Positions 35,942-44,944 of a stretch of 60,021 nucleotides of DNA are shown in pieces. Under the pieces are notes generated by a model that had not been told where the DNA came from, ran no database searches, and saw only the letters and a program-made list of their open reading frames with translations. The stretch's first letter is position 1, and each line of letters begins with the position of its first letter. Made by a program: the position numbers and the translations under genes. This stretch comes from a virus (taxonomy: Duplodnaviria > Caudoviricetes), in IMG/VR virus record IMGVR_UViG_3300021411_000007, positions 1 to 60,021 of that record; one strand, given 5' to 3'.

Positions 35942-36247
35942 ATGCAAAATCGTAACCAGAACAGGAACCAGAACTTAAGTGCCGCTCAGCTCAGTGCTAT
36001 GGTCCAGGAGGAGGACTTGGAAGAGTTGAAAGCCTTGCAGAAAGAACTGCAAGACCGTACCTACAAAGCCCATGACGACGGGAGGGTCTATATGATGGCC
36101 CAGTACACCAAGATCCTCGCTACTGTGAGTTCGGAGGTCCACAAGGTCGGCGCGAGGTTCAATCGCGAAAGTCTCGCAGGTATGCGAAAGATGCACAAGG
36201 ACCTCAAACTCAATGCGCGTGGCGAGCCCTCTGATGAAGAGGAGTAG
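35942..36247 (+). CDS. Hypothetical helical protein
   Basis: GGAGG RBS; first gene of divergent unit. Confidence 0.6.
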   Translation: MQNRNQNRNQNLSAAQLSAMVQEEDLEELKALQKELQDRTYKAHDDGRVYMMAQYTKILATVSSEVHKVGARFNRESLAGMRKMHKDLKLNARGEPSDEEE

Positions 36248-36423
36248 TGCTCCTCGAAACGACAATAGCCGCGACATAGTTTGTGCGCGGCTATGATTTT
36301 CCCTGCATTCTTGTGCGGATTTGTGATTATTAATGTCGTACTGATCTCAGAATTAATTTAGTTTCTGAAAATTGATTGAGATTAATCGACATTAAGAGAG
36401 TTGATAGAAAGTTGATTAATCCT

Positions 36424-37380
36424 ATGGAAATTACAAAGAAGCTCGACCCTCGCACGTGGTTTACGACCAATTTGGATAGCGATACATCACCCACTATGGC
36501 CCCAGCTGCCAACCAACAAACAGCGGTCGCACCGTTTGCTCCGCAGTCAGTTATCACTGATGAAAGAGGCCGTGATGCGGAGGTAGTTTCCGGTACGTTT
36601 GTCCCTACGATTGACGCAACTGGAAACGGTCAAATGGAGGCTCACAAACACGCCGCTCGACTTCGCGAAACCATTGAAAGTTTTGATGAGGATAAGCAAG
36701 GAAAACTTGAATGGTTAGTGGTTAAATTCTTTACAGTTTTAGCCTATATTCTCCCTCCATTTGTGGCGTGGGTAGTCGGTCAAGCGATTGGTCAAGCCTG
36801 GGCTGGGGACTTCAATTGGAATAACGCTTGGAGTGTCTTTTCGTATGTGATTAGTGTCTCTTTAGAAATGATGATTCCAGCACTTGGCTATGCAGTAACG
36901 GTAACCATAAAACGTGCAGTAAAAGATCGTTCACAGATGTGGGTTCCCTTTGTTTTAGGGGCTGTTTTCATCACGCTAGCCGTAGGCAATTCCTACGCTC
37001 AGATCTACTTAATTGAAGGTCATATCCACCTTGCAAAAGATGATACAGCCGGACACATTTCGATGTACTTCCGATCGTTTGCGCCTCTCATCATTGACGC
37101 GATTTCAACCATTTTCTTGTCTGTTGTCACCGTCAAAAACCTTCAGAAATTCCTCAAAGATATGCAGCATAAAGCAACAGGTATTCATGCGGTTGCTCAC
37201 TCTGAAATAGCAGTGGAACAAGCCTTTGACGATGCTGCTATTGAGCGTGAAAGAAAGCGCATGGATAATGAACTTCTAAGAGGGTTAAATCAGAGGCGCA
37301 ATAACGATACACTGGGGGATAATGGTGAGCGAGATAATGGGAGAGACAACGGTAGGAAGGGCCGCCATGGTGGATGGTAA
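36424..37380 (+). CDS. Four-TM membrane protein with C-terminal coiled coil
   Basis: Four hydrophobic segments then charged helix; start uncertain (36376 or 36424). Confidence 0.65.
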   Translation: MEITKKLDPRTWFTTNLDSDTSPTMAPAANQQTAVAPFAPQSVITDERGRDAEVVSGTFVPTIDATGNGQMEAHKHAARLRETIESFDEDKQGKLEWLVVKFFTVLAYILPPFVAWVVGQAIGQAWAGDFNWNNAWSVFSYVISVSLEMMIPALGYAVTVTIKRAVKDRSQMWVPFVLGAVFITLAVGNSYAQIYLIEGHIHLAKDDTAGHISMYFRSFAPLIIDAISTIFLSVVTVKNLQKFLKDMQHKATGIHAVAHSEIAVEQAFDDAAIERERKRMDNELLRGLNQRRNNDTLGDNGERDNGRDNGRKGRHGGW

Positions 37381-37903
37381 TTTTCATCTTTCAGAACGCC
37401 AGAAACGAGCGCTTGTTGCTCACCAGTTCGAGCTGCAGATGCCAAAGTATCCTTTTAAGATACTTGATCAGCTAAGGAACTATCGCTATCAAATGTACGA
37501 TGAAAAGTTGGAAGTTGACTTGCTAGCAACGACGCTAGCAACCAGCTTCGACTTCTACGAGTACCGCATGAACTTGCGCGGTGGAATAAGCCTGATCGTT
37601 TGTCAGAAGCATAACGCAGCCTTGCCAGTACGATGTCTCGAGCTTGAGACTGAAGTTCTCTATGATCCTGGCATATGCCCTGACCAAGCACCAGACAGAG
37701 CAATGCGCAAAGCTTCTGATGAAGAGAGAAAGCGAAAACGTCGCACGTCCGATGAGCAGAAGATATTCATCTCGCAATTAATTCTAGGTGTAGACATTGC
37801 TTATGATGAATTGCAAAAGCTTGACCCACGCACTCAGCAGAGATACCTCGTTTTGAGGCAAAAGTATCTCAAAACGAGACCTGGAAGACCATGGGTTAGC
37901 TAA
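37367..37903 (+). CDS. Hypothetical protein, possible degenerate nuclease fold
   Basis: 'S.DF......ISLIVCQKHN..LPV.CLEL' resembles a PD-(D/E)XK-related IVCW.H motif; basic C-terminus. Confidence 0.45.
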   Translation: MVDGNFHLSERQKRALVAHQFELQMPKYPFKILDQLRNYRYQMYDEKLEVDLLATTLATSFDFYEYRMNLRGGISLIVCQKHNAALPVRCLELETEVLYDPGICPDQAPDRAMRKASDEERKRKRRTSDEQKIFISQLILGVDIAYDELQKLDPRTQQRYLVLRQKYLKTRPGRPWVS

Positions 37904-37915
37904 GAAAGGATAATC

Positions 37916-38167
37916 ATGAAACTACTGAATAAGGTGTGGGCACTAGCCATTGCTTTTGATCTAGGAGCGTTGCTAGTATTCCTCACCAATCAGTACATAG
38001 CAACACTGAGCACATTCATCATTTGGGCTGTGATGGTCATCATAACTGTGGTCCTCACGCTCTGTACAGTGCAGGTGAAGCGGATGAAGCCACGTAAGAA
38101 GAAATTGCCAGTTCGTAGAGCGTCCCGTGTAGCGCCACGCACTCGCAACGTTCGCATAGCTCGCTAG
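37916..38167 (+). CDS. Two-TM protein with very basic tail
   Basis: GAAAGGA RBS. Confidence 0.6.
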   Translation: MKLLNKVWALAIAFDLGALLVFLTNQYIATLSTFIIWAVMVIITVVLTLCTVQVKRMKPRKKKLPVRRASRVAPRTRNVRIAR

Positions 38168-38179
38168 AAAGGTCAAGAC

Positions 38180-38263
38180 ATGTTTGTAGGTATACCTTGG
38201 TGGTACGTAGTTGTTATTGTAGTATTTCTGCTTAGTGTGGTTTTACTCATTTTCAAGAGCTAG
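38180..38263 (+). CDS. 27-aa single-TM peptide
   Basis: MFVGIPWWYVVVIVVFLLSVVLLIFKS; GAAAGG RBS. Confidence 0.5.
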   Translation: MFVGIPWWYVVVIVVFLLSVVLLIFKS

Positions 38264-38278
38264 AAAGGGCAAGACATC

Positions 38279-38395
38279 ATGAAATGTGAGTCATGTAAAG
38301 AGAAGGAAGCCGTTGATTATACATTTATTAACGGCTATCGTGTGTATCTTTGTAGAGCATGCTACAAGCGTACCAGAAAAGAAAGAGAGAAATAA
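38279..38395 (+). CDS. 38-aa Zn-finger peptide
   Basis: MKCESC...LCRACY. Confidence 0.5.
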   Translation: MKCESCKEKEAVDYTFINGYRVYLCRACYKRTRKEREK

Positions 38396-38538
38396 TGGGA
38401 AACAATCCATCAGAACGGCTAAAGACATGTACAATTAGTGAATGTCCGCATTGTAAAGCTAAATCTGTAACGCTTAGACAGCAGAGTACAAACAAGTGGA
38501 TTTGCTCTAAATGCCGCAATGTCGTTGACGCTCGCTAG
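38395..38538 (+). CDS. 47-aa Zn-ribbon peptide
   Basis: CPHC...WICSKC. Confidence 0.5.
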   Translation: MGNNPSERLKTCTISECPHCKAKSVTLRQQSTNKWICSKCRNVVDAR

Positions 38539-38547
38539 GAGGTAGCT

Positions 38548-38637
38548 TTGAGGATATCGTATACAACATTCCTGATAATCACGTGCATAATGGGCATTGT
38601 GTTCATGTTCGCACTAGCTTATGTACTTGGTCGCTAG
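38548..38637 (+). CDS. 29-aa single-TM peptide
   Basis: AGGAGGT RBS, TTG start. Confidence 0.45.
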   Translation: MRISYTTFLIITCIMGIVFMFALAYVLGR

Positions 38638-38756
38638 TTGGCTTGGGCCGTCAAACTTCTGCCAACTAGCACTCAGCTCAACCAGAACGCGGAGTCCCGG
38701 TCTCGCTATAGCTATTTTAGCACGCGGGGCTCCTCACAAAAGGAGATTACCCCACA

Positions 38757-39359
38757 ATGGAAACAAAATCATCTGCAGGACTGCTTGGCATCATAGCCGT
38801 CGCAGCTATCGTTCTCTTCATAGTCATGGCCGCTGCAGGTCCTGGGTCACGATTTAGCAATGGATGGAATTCCCTCACGACTGGCAACGGCACTACCAGC
38901 CAGATACCTGCTACAGGCCCGTCAATCGTAGGTGGCCCGAGTCTTTCAGCTTCGAAGATTGACACCATTCTGACTAATGCAGGTAGCCCAGCGGCTGGTA
39001 TTGGCTCAACCTTTGTGTACGACAGTGCTCAGTATAACATTGACGACTCTGTAGCCCTTGCCTTTTTCAAGCACGAATCTAGCTTTGGGCTCAAGGGAGC
39101 TGCTGTAGATACGCACTCGATAGGCAATATCAACTGTACACCTGGGTACACATGTATAGGGCGATTTAGGTCTTACAGCTCATGGGACGCGGGTATAGAC
39201 GACTGGTACCGACTCATCTCAGGTCCCGCGTATGCAGGCTCAGGACTGACCACTCTCTCTCAAATCATCCCCAAGTACGCACCTGCTAGCGATGGGAATA
39301 GCGAGGCATCCTACATTCAATCCGTGCAATCCGACGTAGCGAGCTGGAGGGCAGCATGA
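38757..39359 (+). CDS. Membrane-anchored glucosaminidase / lysozyme-like cell-wall hydrolase
   Basis: N-terminal TM; 'ALAFFKHESSFG', 'FRSYSSW..GI', 'IIPKYAP.SD.N...YI'. Confidence 0.75.
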   Translation: METKSSAGLLGIIAVAAIVLFIVMAAAGPGSRFSNGWNSLTTGNGTTSQIPATGPSIVGGPSLSASKIDTILTNAGSPAAGIGSTFVYDSAQYNIDDSVALAFFKHESSFGLKGAAVDTHSIGNINCTPGYTCIGRFRSYSSWDAGIDDWYRLISGPAYAGSGLTTLSQIIPKYAPASDGNSEASYIQSVQSDVASWRAA

Positions 39360-39523
39360 GCCTCACAACGCCATCAGTTTTCTGGCCGCGCGCAATGCTC
39401 CTATCAGCTATCTTCATCGCGATGTGGTTAGCATCCAAGCAGAGCAAGATTATCGATGCTATCGCGTTTCTGGTAGCAATCTTCTGTGTAGTATGGCTAC
39501 TCTTCACTATACATGTGCTGTGA
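39356..39523 (+). CDS. 55-aa two-TM protein
   Basis: ATGA overlap; hydrophobic. Confidence 0.5.
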   Translation: MSLTTPSVFWPRAMLLSAIFIAMWLASKQSKIIDAIAFLVAIFCVVWLLFTIHVL

Positions 39524-39645
39524 GGTCGCTATGATCGGGTAGCATTGTAAAAGCTCTGTGTTGGGATGTCAACACAGAGCTTTTTTTTGAACTCAAATTC
39601 GTTGACGCCTCTGCGATGATTGTCACAAACGGACAGGAGCGGACA

Positions 39646-40227
39646 ATGCAGGACTTCTACAATGCGACCGACGCATCTCGCATCATTGGCATCTCGTATA
39701 AGACTATGCTCAGGAGGTTGGAAGAGGGAAAGATTGAGGCTGTCAAAGGAGACGACGGTCAGTACTCTATCGCTGCAGCGGAGGTTGAGCGACTTCGAAT
39801 TCTGCAATCCACACGCCCTAGACCAGTCAAGTCCACTGTTGTCCTGTCCGGTCAAGACCAGTCGGCATTAGAGCAGCGTGTAACCGATTTAGAGGATCGC
39901 GTGAGGACACTAGAGGCTGTGACCAGTCAAGACCACACACCGCTAGTAGCGACTGGTCAGCAAAAGACAACAGTGGACATTCCTCCCAAGACAAAGGCCC
40001 CAAAACGCAATATAGCACCATCTGGTAGATCTGTGGATGGTGCTATCGGACTATCAGATTTTGCAGCTCAGCATGGCATCTCGCTTTCATCGGCCTCGCG
40101 CTGGGTCAAGAACGGCGATATCCCCACTGAGCAGAGACAACGTGCAGGCCGTCCTCAACACTTTCTCACGATTGAGCAGCAAGAGCAGGCGCTAGAGTGG
40201 ATGAAGAAGTACGGCAAGTTGAGCTGA
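39646..40227 (+). CDS. Double-HTH protein with central coiled coil
   Basis: N-terminal HTH_17-like, 'LEQRVTDLEDRVRTLE', C-terminal 'LSDFAAQHGISLSSASRWV'. Confidence 0.7.
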   Translation: MQDFYNATDASRIIGISYKTMLRRLEEGKIEAVKGDDGQYSIAAAEVERLRILQSTRPRPVKSTVVLSGQDQSALEQRVTDLEDRVRTLEAVTSQDHTPLVATGQQKTTVDIPPKTKAPKRNIAPSGRSVDGAIGLSDFAAQHGISLSSASRWVKNGDIPTEQRQRAGRPQHFLTIEQQEQALEWMKKYGKLS

Positions 40228-40437
40228 CTACACTTTCTGCTCTATCCCAAACTCAGCATATTCTTCGTCGCTTATCTCGTAGAACTCAAATGCTGTATCA
40301 TCATCCGATACGTGGCATATCTCTACTTTACTACTAGGATGCTTCAATTGCATCTCTCTGTACGCATCCCCTACAAGGACAAATTCAACAATGCGCATGT
40401 CATCATGGCTTGCTTTAAGTAGGTATCTGGTTTTCAT
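40228..40437 (-). CDS. Hypothetical protein
   Basis: GAAAGG RBS. Confidence 0.5.
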   Translation of the reverse strand: MKTRYLLKASHDDMRIVEFVLVGDAYREMQLKHPSSKVEICHVSDDDTAFEFYEISDEEYAEFGIEQKV

Positions 40438-40536
40438 GTTTGTACCCTTTCTGGTATACTAGTCACAACGGTTTAGGCACGCTGAATAGCCCTAGTCGAT
40501 CTTTAACCCACTTCAACTGAGCTTCAGCGTGCTATC

Positions 40537-40812
40537 CTACGCTACTTCTTTAGATTTTGCCTCTTTAGCTTTCCCCTGTCTGCTTACTAGAATGTTGACT
40601 CCCGTTACCTTGCTCAGGTAGAAGGGCCTGTCATATATTTTGGCAAAGATATCTAGCAGCTTATTGACCGTGCTGGGATAGGCTGGCTTCCCGTCGCGTA
40701 TCCGTGCTAAAGTGACTTCGTTTATCTTGCTCTCTTTGCTGAGTTCTCTTATCGATATGTTAAGGTTATCAAAAAGATCTCTAATGTTGTAGATTTCCTT
40801 TTCTTCTAGCAT
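40537..40812 (-). CDS. XRE/Cro-like HTH repressor
   Basis: 'ISIRELSKESKINEVTLARIRDGK'; divergent from early operon. Confidence 0.75.
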   Translation of the reverse strand: MLEEKEIYNIRDLFDNLNISIRELSKESKINEVTLARIRDGKPAYPSTVNKLLDIFAKIYDRPFYLSKVTGVNILVSRQGKAKEAKSKEVA

Positions 40813-40862
40813 GTGCCTCTCCTTTCAACTCAGTATGGCTTGTTGTTCTTTAACTATGACTA

Positions 40863-40938
40863 AGTTTACATGAATATTTTTAATTTGTCAATATTTATCA
40901 TTAATTTGCTTGACTTTGGCTTAATCTTGTTGTATACT
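40863..40938. promoter_or_regulatory. Back-to-back sigma70 promoters (genetic switch region)
   Basis: Minus: TTGACA-N17-TAAACT (40863..40891); plus: TTGACT-N17-TATACT (40910..40938). Confidence 0.75.
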
Positions 40939-40979
40939 TCGTATATAAGAGTTGAGGACAACGAAAGGGCACAAACAAA

Positions 40980-41462
40980 ATGGCAACCACGAAAGACGTT
41001 CAAGTTCTAGCGAGATACATCCACAAAACGGACGGCAAGCCCAATGGTATCGTTACGTACTGCGTGAAAAGCAGCAACGGCAAGGACTTCTACTACACGA
41101 CAATCATCAACGGTGAGGCAACTGGCTGCTCTTGCCCAAGTCGTAGCAAGAATGGCTGCTACCATAAAAATCAGTTGGCAGCACGTGAGCAAGAGAGCCG
41201 CACAGCCGCTCATGAGGCAGTACTGTGTGAGGGTATCGTGGCTAGCAGACTTGCGGCTTCTAATCTCCCTCTTTGGGTAGGTGCCATGGTAGCCAAGGGT
41301 GTTCTAAAAGTCCCAGCACTGCCAATTGCTAAGGCCCTTCCGGTCGAGTTGCAAGGGTACAAAAAGACTGCCGTTTCAGCAGACACAAGCGTACTCAACG
41401 GTGCTCAGCAGACAGCAGGGCTGCTTATGGCACTACCGTCAAGAAAAGCAAGAGCTAGTTAG
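40980..41462 (+). CDS. SWIM-type Zn-finger protein
   Basis: 'Y.V.SS.G...Y...CSCP.....CYH'. Confidence 0.7.
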   Translation: MATTKDVQVLARYIHKTDGKPNGIVTYCVKSSNGKDFYYTTIINGEATGCSCPSRSKNGCYHKNQLAAREQESRTAAHEAVLCEGIVASRLAASNLPLWVGAMVAKGVLKVPALPIAKALPVELQGYKKTAVSADTSVLNGAQQTAGLLMALPSRKARAS

Positions 41463-41475
41463 AAAGGTCAAATCA

Positions 41476-41643
41476 ATGAATAATCAAGATATGGTGCGTG
41501 ACTATCGAGAGATGGAAGCCTCAGCTAGAGCACGCACCATGCATGAGTCTGCAGAGAGATGGAAGGGGCTGTCAGAAGCAGCACAGCGCGATCTCGAAAG
41601 GGAAAGTCAAGTTAGAAAGGCGCAAAATGAGCACAGAGCATAG
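41476..41643 (+). CDS. Hypothetical protein
   Basis: GAAAGG RBS. Confidence 0.5.
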   Translation: MNNQDMVRDYREMEASARARTMHESAERWKGLSEAAQRDLERESQVRKAQNEHRA

Positions 41644-41938
41644 AATTGTCCTAGCCGACGCCCACATCTTCGCTCAGTTCGAGAGTGTGGGCTGGTGGAC
41701 ATGCAGCAAGTCCGAGTTCAACGACGAACGGGACTTCGCTATGTGGGGCTTCTCACAAGCCAACCTGAGCAAGGCTCACAAGCTCATAGGGGACTGTCCC
41801 CTCGTACAGGCACCGCTCGAGTACAGCGTCAAGCAGCACAGTGACAACGGGTGGTACATCCACAGAGGCGATAGTGTAGACGTTAAAGTGTATGGTAGTC
41901 AAAATGAAGCATTGCGCAATCTAGCGCGTTCAGTCTGA
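41627..41938 (+). CDS. Hypothetical protein
   Basis: GAAAGG RBS. Confidence 0.55.
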   Translation: MSTEHRIVLADAHIFAQFESVGWWTCSKSEFNDERDFAMWGFSQANLSKAHKLIGDCPLVQAPLEYSVKQHSDNGWYIHRGDSVDVKVYGSQNEALRNLARSV

Positions 41939-41950
41939 AAGGTAAAGCAA

Positions 41951-42349
41951 ATGTACGATACCAATTGGTCAGATGAGTACTTGAAGTCTGGAGGATACAA
42001 ACCCAGCGGCTCCACAGAGCACGACCACCTTTGCCGCTGTCCTGGGTGTGAGGGAAACGATCCTCCAGAAGACCAGCAAGTGATGCGGGATGCCTATCAA
42101 GATGAGCAGGGCATGCAGGCTCTCGAAGAGGCGATGTGGAAGAAGTGGAAGGAAGAGAATGCGATTGAGCCTGTCCTCCCTGAGCAGGTAGCAGAAAAGG
42201 ATTGTCCTCTTTGTCCTGAGTGGGCAGAGGAGAAATTCAAGATCGGCTATGACGACTTTGGTGGGATTTGTCAGATTGACGGTGTGGCATGTTGCGATAC
42301 GTGCTATAGAGTATATCATCTCACGCAGCCCTATGAGGAGTCCCTATGA
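41951..42349 (+). CDS. Acidic Cys-rich protein
   Basis: HxxxCxCxxC and CxxC motifs. Confidence 0.55.
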   Translation: MYDTNWSDEYLKSGGYKPSGSTEHDHLCRCPGCEGNDPPEDQQVMRDAYQDEQGMQALEEAMWKKWKEENAIEPVLPEQVAEKDCPLCPEWAEEKFKIGYDDFGGICQIDGVACCDTCYRVYHLTQPYEESL

Positions 42350-42537
42350 ACGCTTTTATCACGCAGCCTATCACGAACATCCCTCCAGTGCATATTATCA
42401 CGGCAACGTGTATGTGTTGCTGGTACCGTCTTCATCCGACCGCAGAGTATCCAAAGAATTGGTCGTCAACCCTTTGTGTTGAGCATAGGGATTGGTACAG
42501 GAAGAGGAAGTCCGATGGGAGGGAAGGCAGAAGATAA
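42346..42537 (+). CDS. Small Zn-binding protein
   Basis: CxxC..CxxH; ATGA overlap. Confidence 0.5.
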   Translation: MNAFITQPITNIPPVHIITATCMCCWYRLHPTAEYPKNWSSTLCVEHRDWYRKRKSDGREGRR

Positions 42538-42627
42538 CAGACAGCCTTCCCTAAGATCGAGCGAGAGGTCGGAGTTCGAAGTCGGCCTCTCTAGTGAAAA
42601 GTATATCATAGATTGGAGATTATCATC

Positions 42628-43473
42628 ATGAGTACAGCTCTTATTAGTTTCGATCAAGAAGAGATCGGCCTCGTTAAGAGTCAGATAGCCCCTGGTGCGT
42701 CTGACGGTCAGCTCGCATTATTCATCCAGGTCTGTAAACAGACGGGACTCAATCCGTTCGCTCGACAGATCTACGCAGTCTTTAGAAATGAGAAGGCTGG
42801 GGACAAATACGAGAGCAAGATGACCATTCAGACCAGTATTGACGGCTATCGTCTGCTCGCTCAGAGAAGCGGTGAATACGCTGGTCAAGACGGGCCATAT
42901 TGGTACAACCCTCACACTAGGGAGTGGTCAGACATCTGGCTAGAGGACTTTCCCCCAGCGGCTGCAAAGATCGGCGTGATGAGAAAGGGCTTTGCTCAGC
43001 CGATCTATGCAGTTGCTAGCTTCAAGACGTATGCGGTCAAATTCTACAAAAAGGACACGAAGTCCTGGGAATTGTCTGCCATGTGGGTCAGGATGCCAGA
43101 GGTGATGATAGCCAAGGTAGCAGAGTCGCTCGCCTTGCGCAGGGCCTTTCCTGCTGAGCTGAGCGGCATCTATACCGATGCTGAGATGGAGCAAGCAGAC
43201 ACATCGGCTAGCACGGTAGCGGCTGCTACTCGGGTCCCTGTCCAGACAGAAGAGGACAAGAAAAAATCCAGATTGAATGCTGCCTTCAAGACTGGCAAAG
43301 AGAAAGGCTTGTTCCTTACCTTGCAAGAAATGGCAAAATACGTCTCTGATATGCTAAAGGCAGATATCGCACCTGATGATATCGCGTCTATCATGGATGA
43401 GGAATTAGTGCTCTTAGAGCAAAAGGCAGCTAGTGCTGCTGAGATGAGTGTAGAAGCTCAACAAAGCGCATAG
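42628..43473 (+). CDS. bet: Single-strand annealing protein (Bet/RecT family)
   Basis: 'LF...CK.TGLNPFARQIY', 'IQTSIDGYR..AQRSGEY', 'W..MP.VMIAKVAESLALRRAFP..LSGIYT..EM'. Confidence 0.9.
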   Translation: MSTALISFDQEEIGLVKSQIAPGASDGQLALFIQVCKQTGLNPFARQIYAVFRNEKAGDKYESKMTIQTSIDGYRLLAQRSGEYAGQDGPYWYNPHTREWSDIWLEDFPPAAAKIGVMRKGFAQPIYAVASFKTYAVKFYKKDTKSWELSAMWVRMPEVMIAKVAESLALRRAFPAELSGIYTDAEMEQADTSASTVAAATRVPVQTEEDKKKSRLNAAFKTGKEKGLFLTLQEMAKYVSDMLKADIAPDDIASIMDEELVLLEQKAASAAEMSVEAQQSA

Positions 43474-43517
43474 CAAGTAGTGGGCTGTCTCACGGGATGG
43501 CCCTTAGAAAGGGAATT

Positions 43518-43736
43518 ATGGACAAATCACAAATCAGACATGCACGTGCGATGGCCGATAAGGTCAAGACGCACCTGCAGGCGATGCAGTGGGCGATGGA
43601 TACGCTCACAGTGGTAGAGACAGCAACACTCGAAAGCGTCTCTGTAGAGGTTGCAAAAGAGCAGTTTGGCGTCTTAGAGCATAGATGGGAATGCATTCAA
43701 AGTGTTCTCAGGGATATGATGCCAGAATTGGAGTGA
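43518..43736 (+). CDS. Hypothetical protein
   Basis: GAAAGGG RBS. Confidence 0.5.
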   Translation: MDKSQIRHARAMADKVKTHLQAMQWAMDTLTVVETATLESVSVEVAKEQFGVLEHRWECIQSVLRDMMPELE

Positions 43737-43743
43737 GTTCTAG

Positions 43744-43872
43744 ATGAAACAACCGCGTAGATTTATTAGAAAAATGTGGAATATGCTGCTCGAATTGAGC
43801 CCGCGTGTACGTGATGAGTATGCGTACGCGCTATACCGTCAACAGTGGTGGGAAGATAACTCACCATATTAG
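43744..43872 (+). CDS. Small hypothetical protein (42 aa)
   Basis: MKQPRRFIRK..WWEDNSPY. Confidence 0.35.
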   Translation: MKQPRRFIRKMWNMLLELSPRVRDEYAYALYRQQWWEDNSPY

Positions 43873-43971
43873 AGGCTAGGTGGGTTGGCTCAAGTGTTCT
43901 AGTGCGTCAAATAGACCAACCCACCGCTGTATTGTATCATGTAGTTGAGATACTCAAATGGAGGTCAAGGG

Positions 43972-44259
43972 ATGGTGGGACTTGCTACTGCGTGCATGCT
44001 GTGTGGTGAAAGTACCGCACATGATGATAGTAAACCGTATGATGTTGTTGTATGCAAAGACTGTGGTAGTACAGCTTGTGGTGATTGCCACAAAAACGGC
44101 TATTGTCTGGAGTGTAGAGAACTGGAACCGTTAGATATACATAGTAAGGACAAGTGTTCTGTCATCCATCCAAATGAGACACATGAGGAATGGTGGACAT
44201 ATCAGTGTGACTTGGAGGTCGATGCTAAGAAAAAAGTTATAGATCTGTCATTTAGTTAG
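43972..44259 (+). CDS. Cys-rich Zn-finger protein
   Basis: Four CxxC motifs; GGAGG RBS. Confidence 0.55.
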   Translation: MVGLATACMLCGESTAHDDSKPYDVVVCKDCGSTACGDCHKNGYCLECRELEPLDIHSKDKCSVIHPNETHEEWWTYQCDLEVDAKKKVIDLSFS

Positions 44260-44266
44260 TTCAATC

Positions 44267-44304
44267 GGGAGTCTTGGGTTAACAGCCTGGGACTCCCTTT
44301 TTTT
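44267..44304 (+). terminator. Intrinsic terminator
   Basis: GGGAGTC/GACTCCC stem plus T-tract. Confidence 0.8.
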
Positions 44305-44445
44305 GTGCTCAAAAAGGCTCAATACTTCCAAGATATTTTCATCGGCAGTTGCACAAGAAGAGGCCATATCCCAGCGTATTCCATCTCAGCTCAAAATATG
44401 CTATCATGACATAAAGATGAGTTGTCGGCATATTTGGAGGTATCA

Positions 44446-44751
44446 ATGTCAAGCAATCCACCGGATGACGAACAAGTAGAACGTCCCAAGTCCAATAGAG
44501 GCTTTAGATCATTGTCAGCAGAGAAAAGGCGAGAGGTAGCTTCAAAAGGTGGTAAGGCTGCTCATGCGATGGGCAAGGCTCACGTATTTACGCACGATGA
44601 AGCAGTAGCAGCAGGCAAGATAGGTGGTAGCAGAACATCAGAAACGTATGCAAAACGTGCTGCTTTGAGACATGCTGGCTTTACAGATGAACAGCTGAGA
44701 GAAAGGCTAAACAGTCTCAATAAGGTTATTGAGGAGGAAGATGATGAGTGA
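44446..44751 (+). CDS. KGG-motif general-stress-like protein
   Basis: 'RGFRSLSAEKRREVASKGGKAAH..GKAH.FT.DEA..AGK.GG'. Confidence 0.85.
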   Translation: MSSNPPDDEQVERPKSNRGFRSLSAEKRREVASKGGKAAHAMGKAHVFTHDEAVAAGKIGGSRTSETYAKRAALRHAGFTDEQLRERLNSLNKVIEEEDDE

Positions 44752-44944
44752 AGAGGACAATCCCACATGGCAACCGACGCTTGTACTATTGCGCAATGGA
44801 GGACGGTTAGAGTGTGCATGTGGTGCGAAAGCGATAATTGTCATTGGAGCATTAGATAATGACGAAAATGACTCTATAGAAGGTGTGGACTACTGGTGTC
44901 AAGATTGTTACCACAAAGCACAAAAGGAACAAGAGCATGAATGA
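44744..44944 (+). CDS. Zn-finger protein (paralogue of 47432..47653)
   Basis: 'RLECACGA.A...CQDCY'. Confidence 0.55.
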   Translation: MSEEDNPTWQPTLVLLRNGGRLECACGAKAIIVIGALDNDENDSIEGVDYWCQDCYHKAQKEQEHE

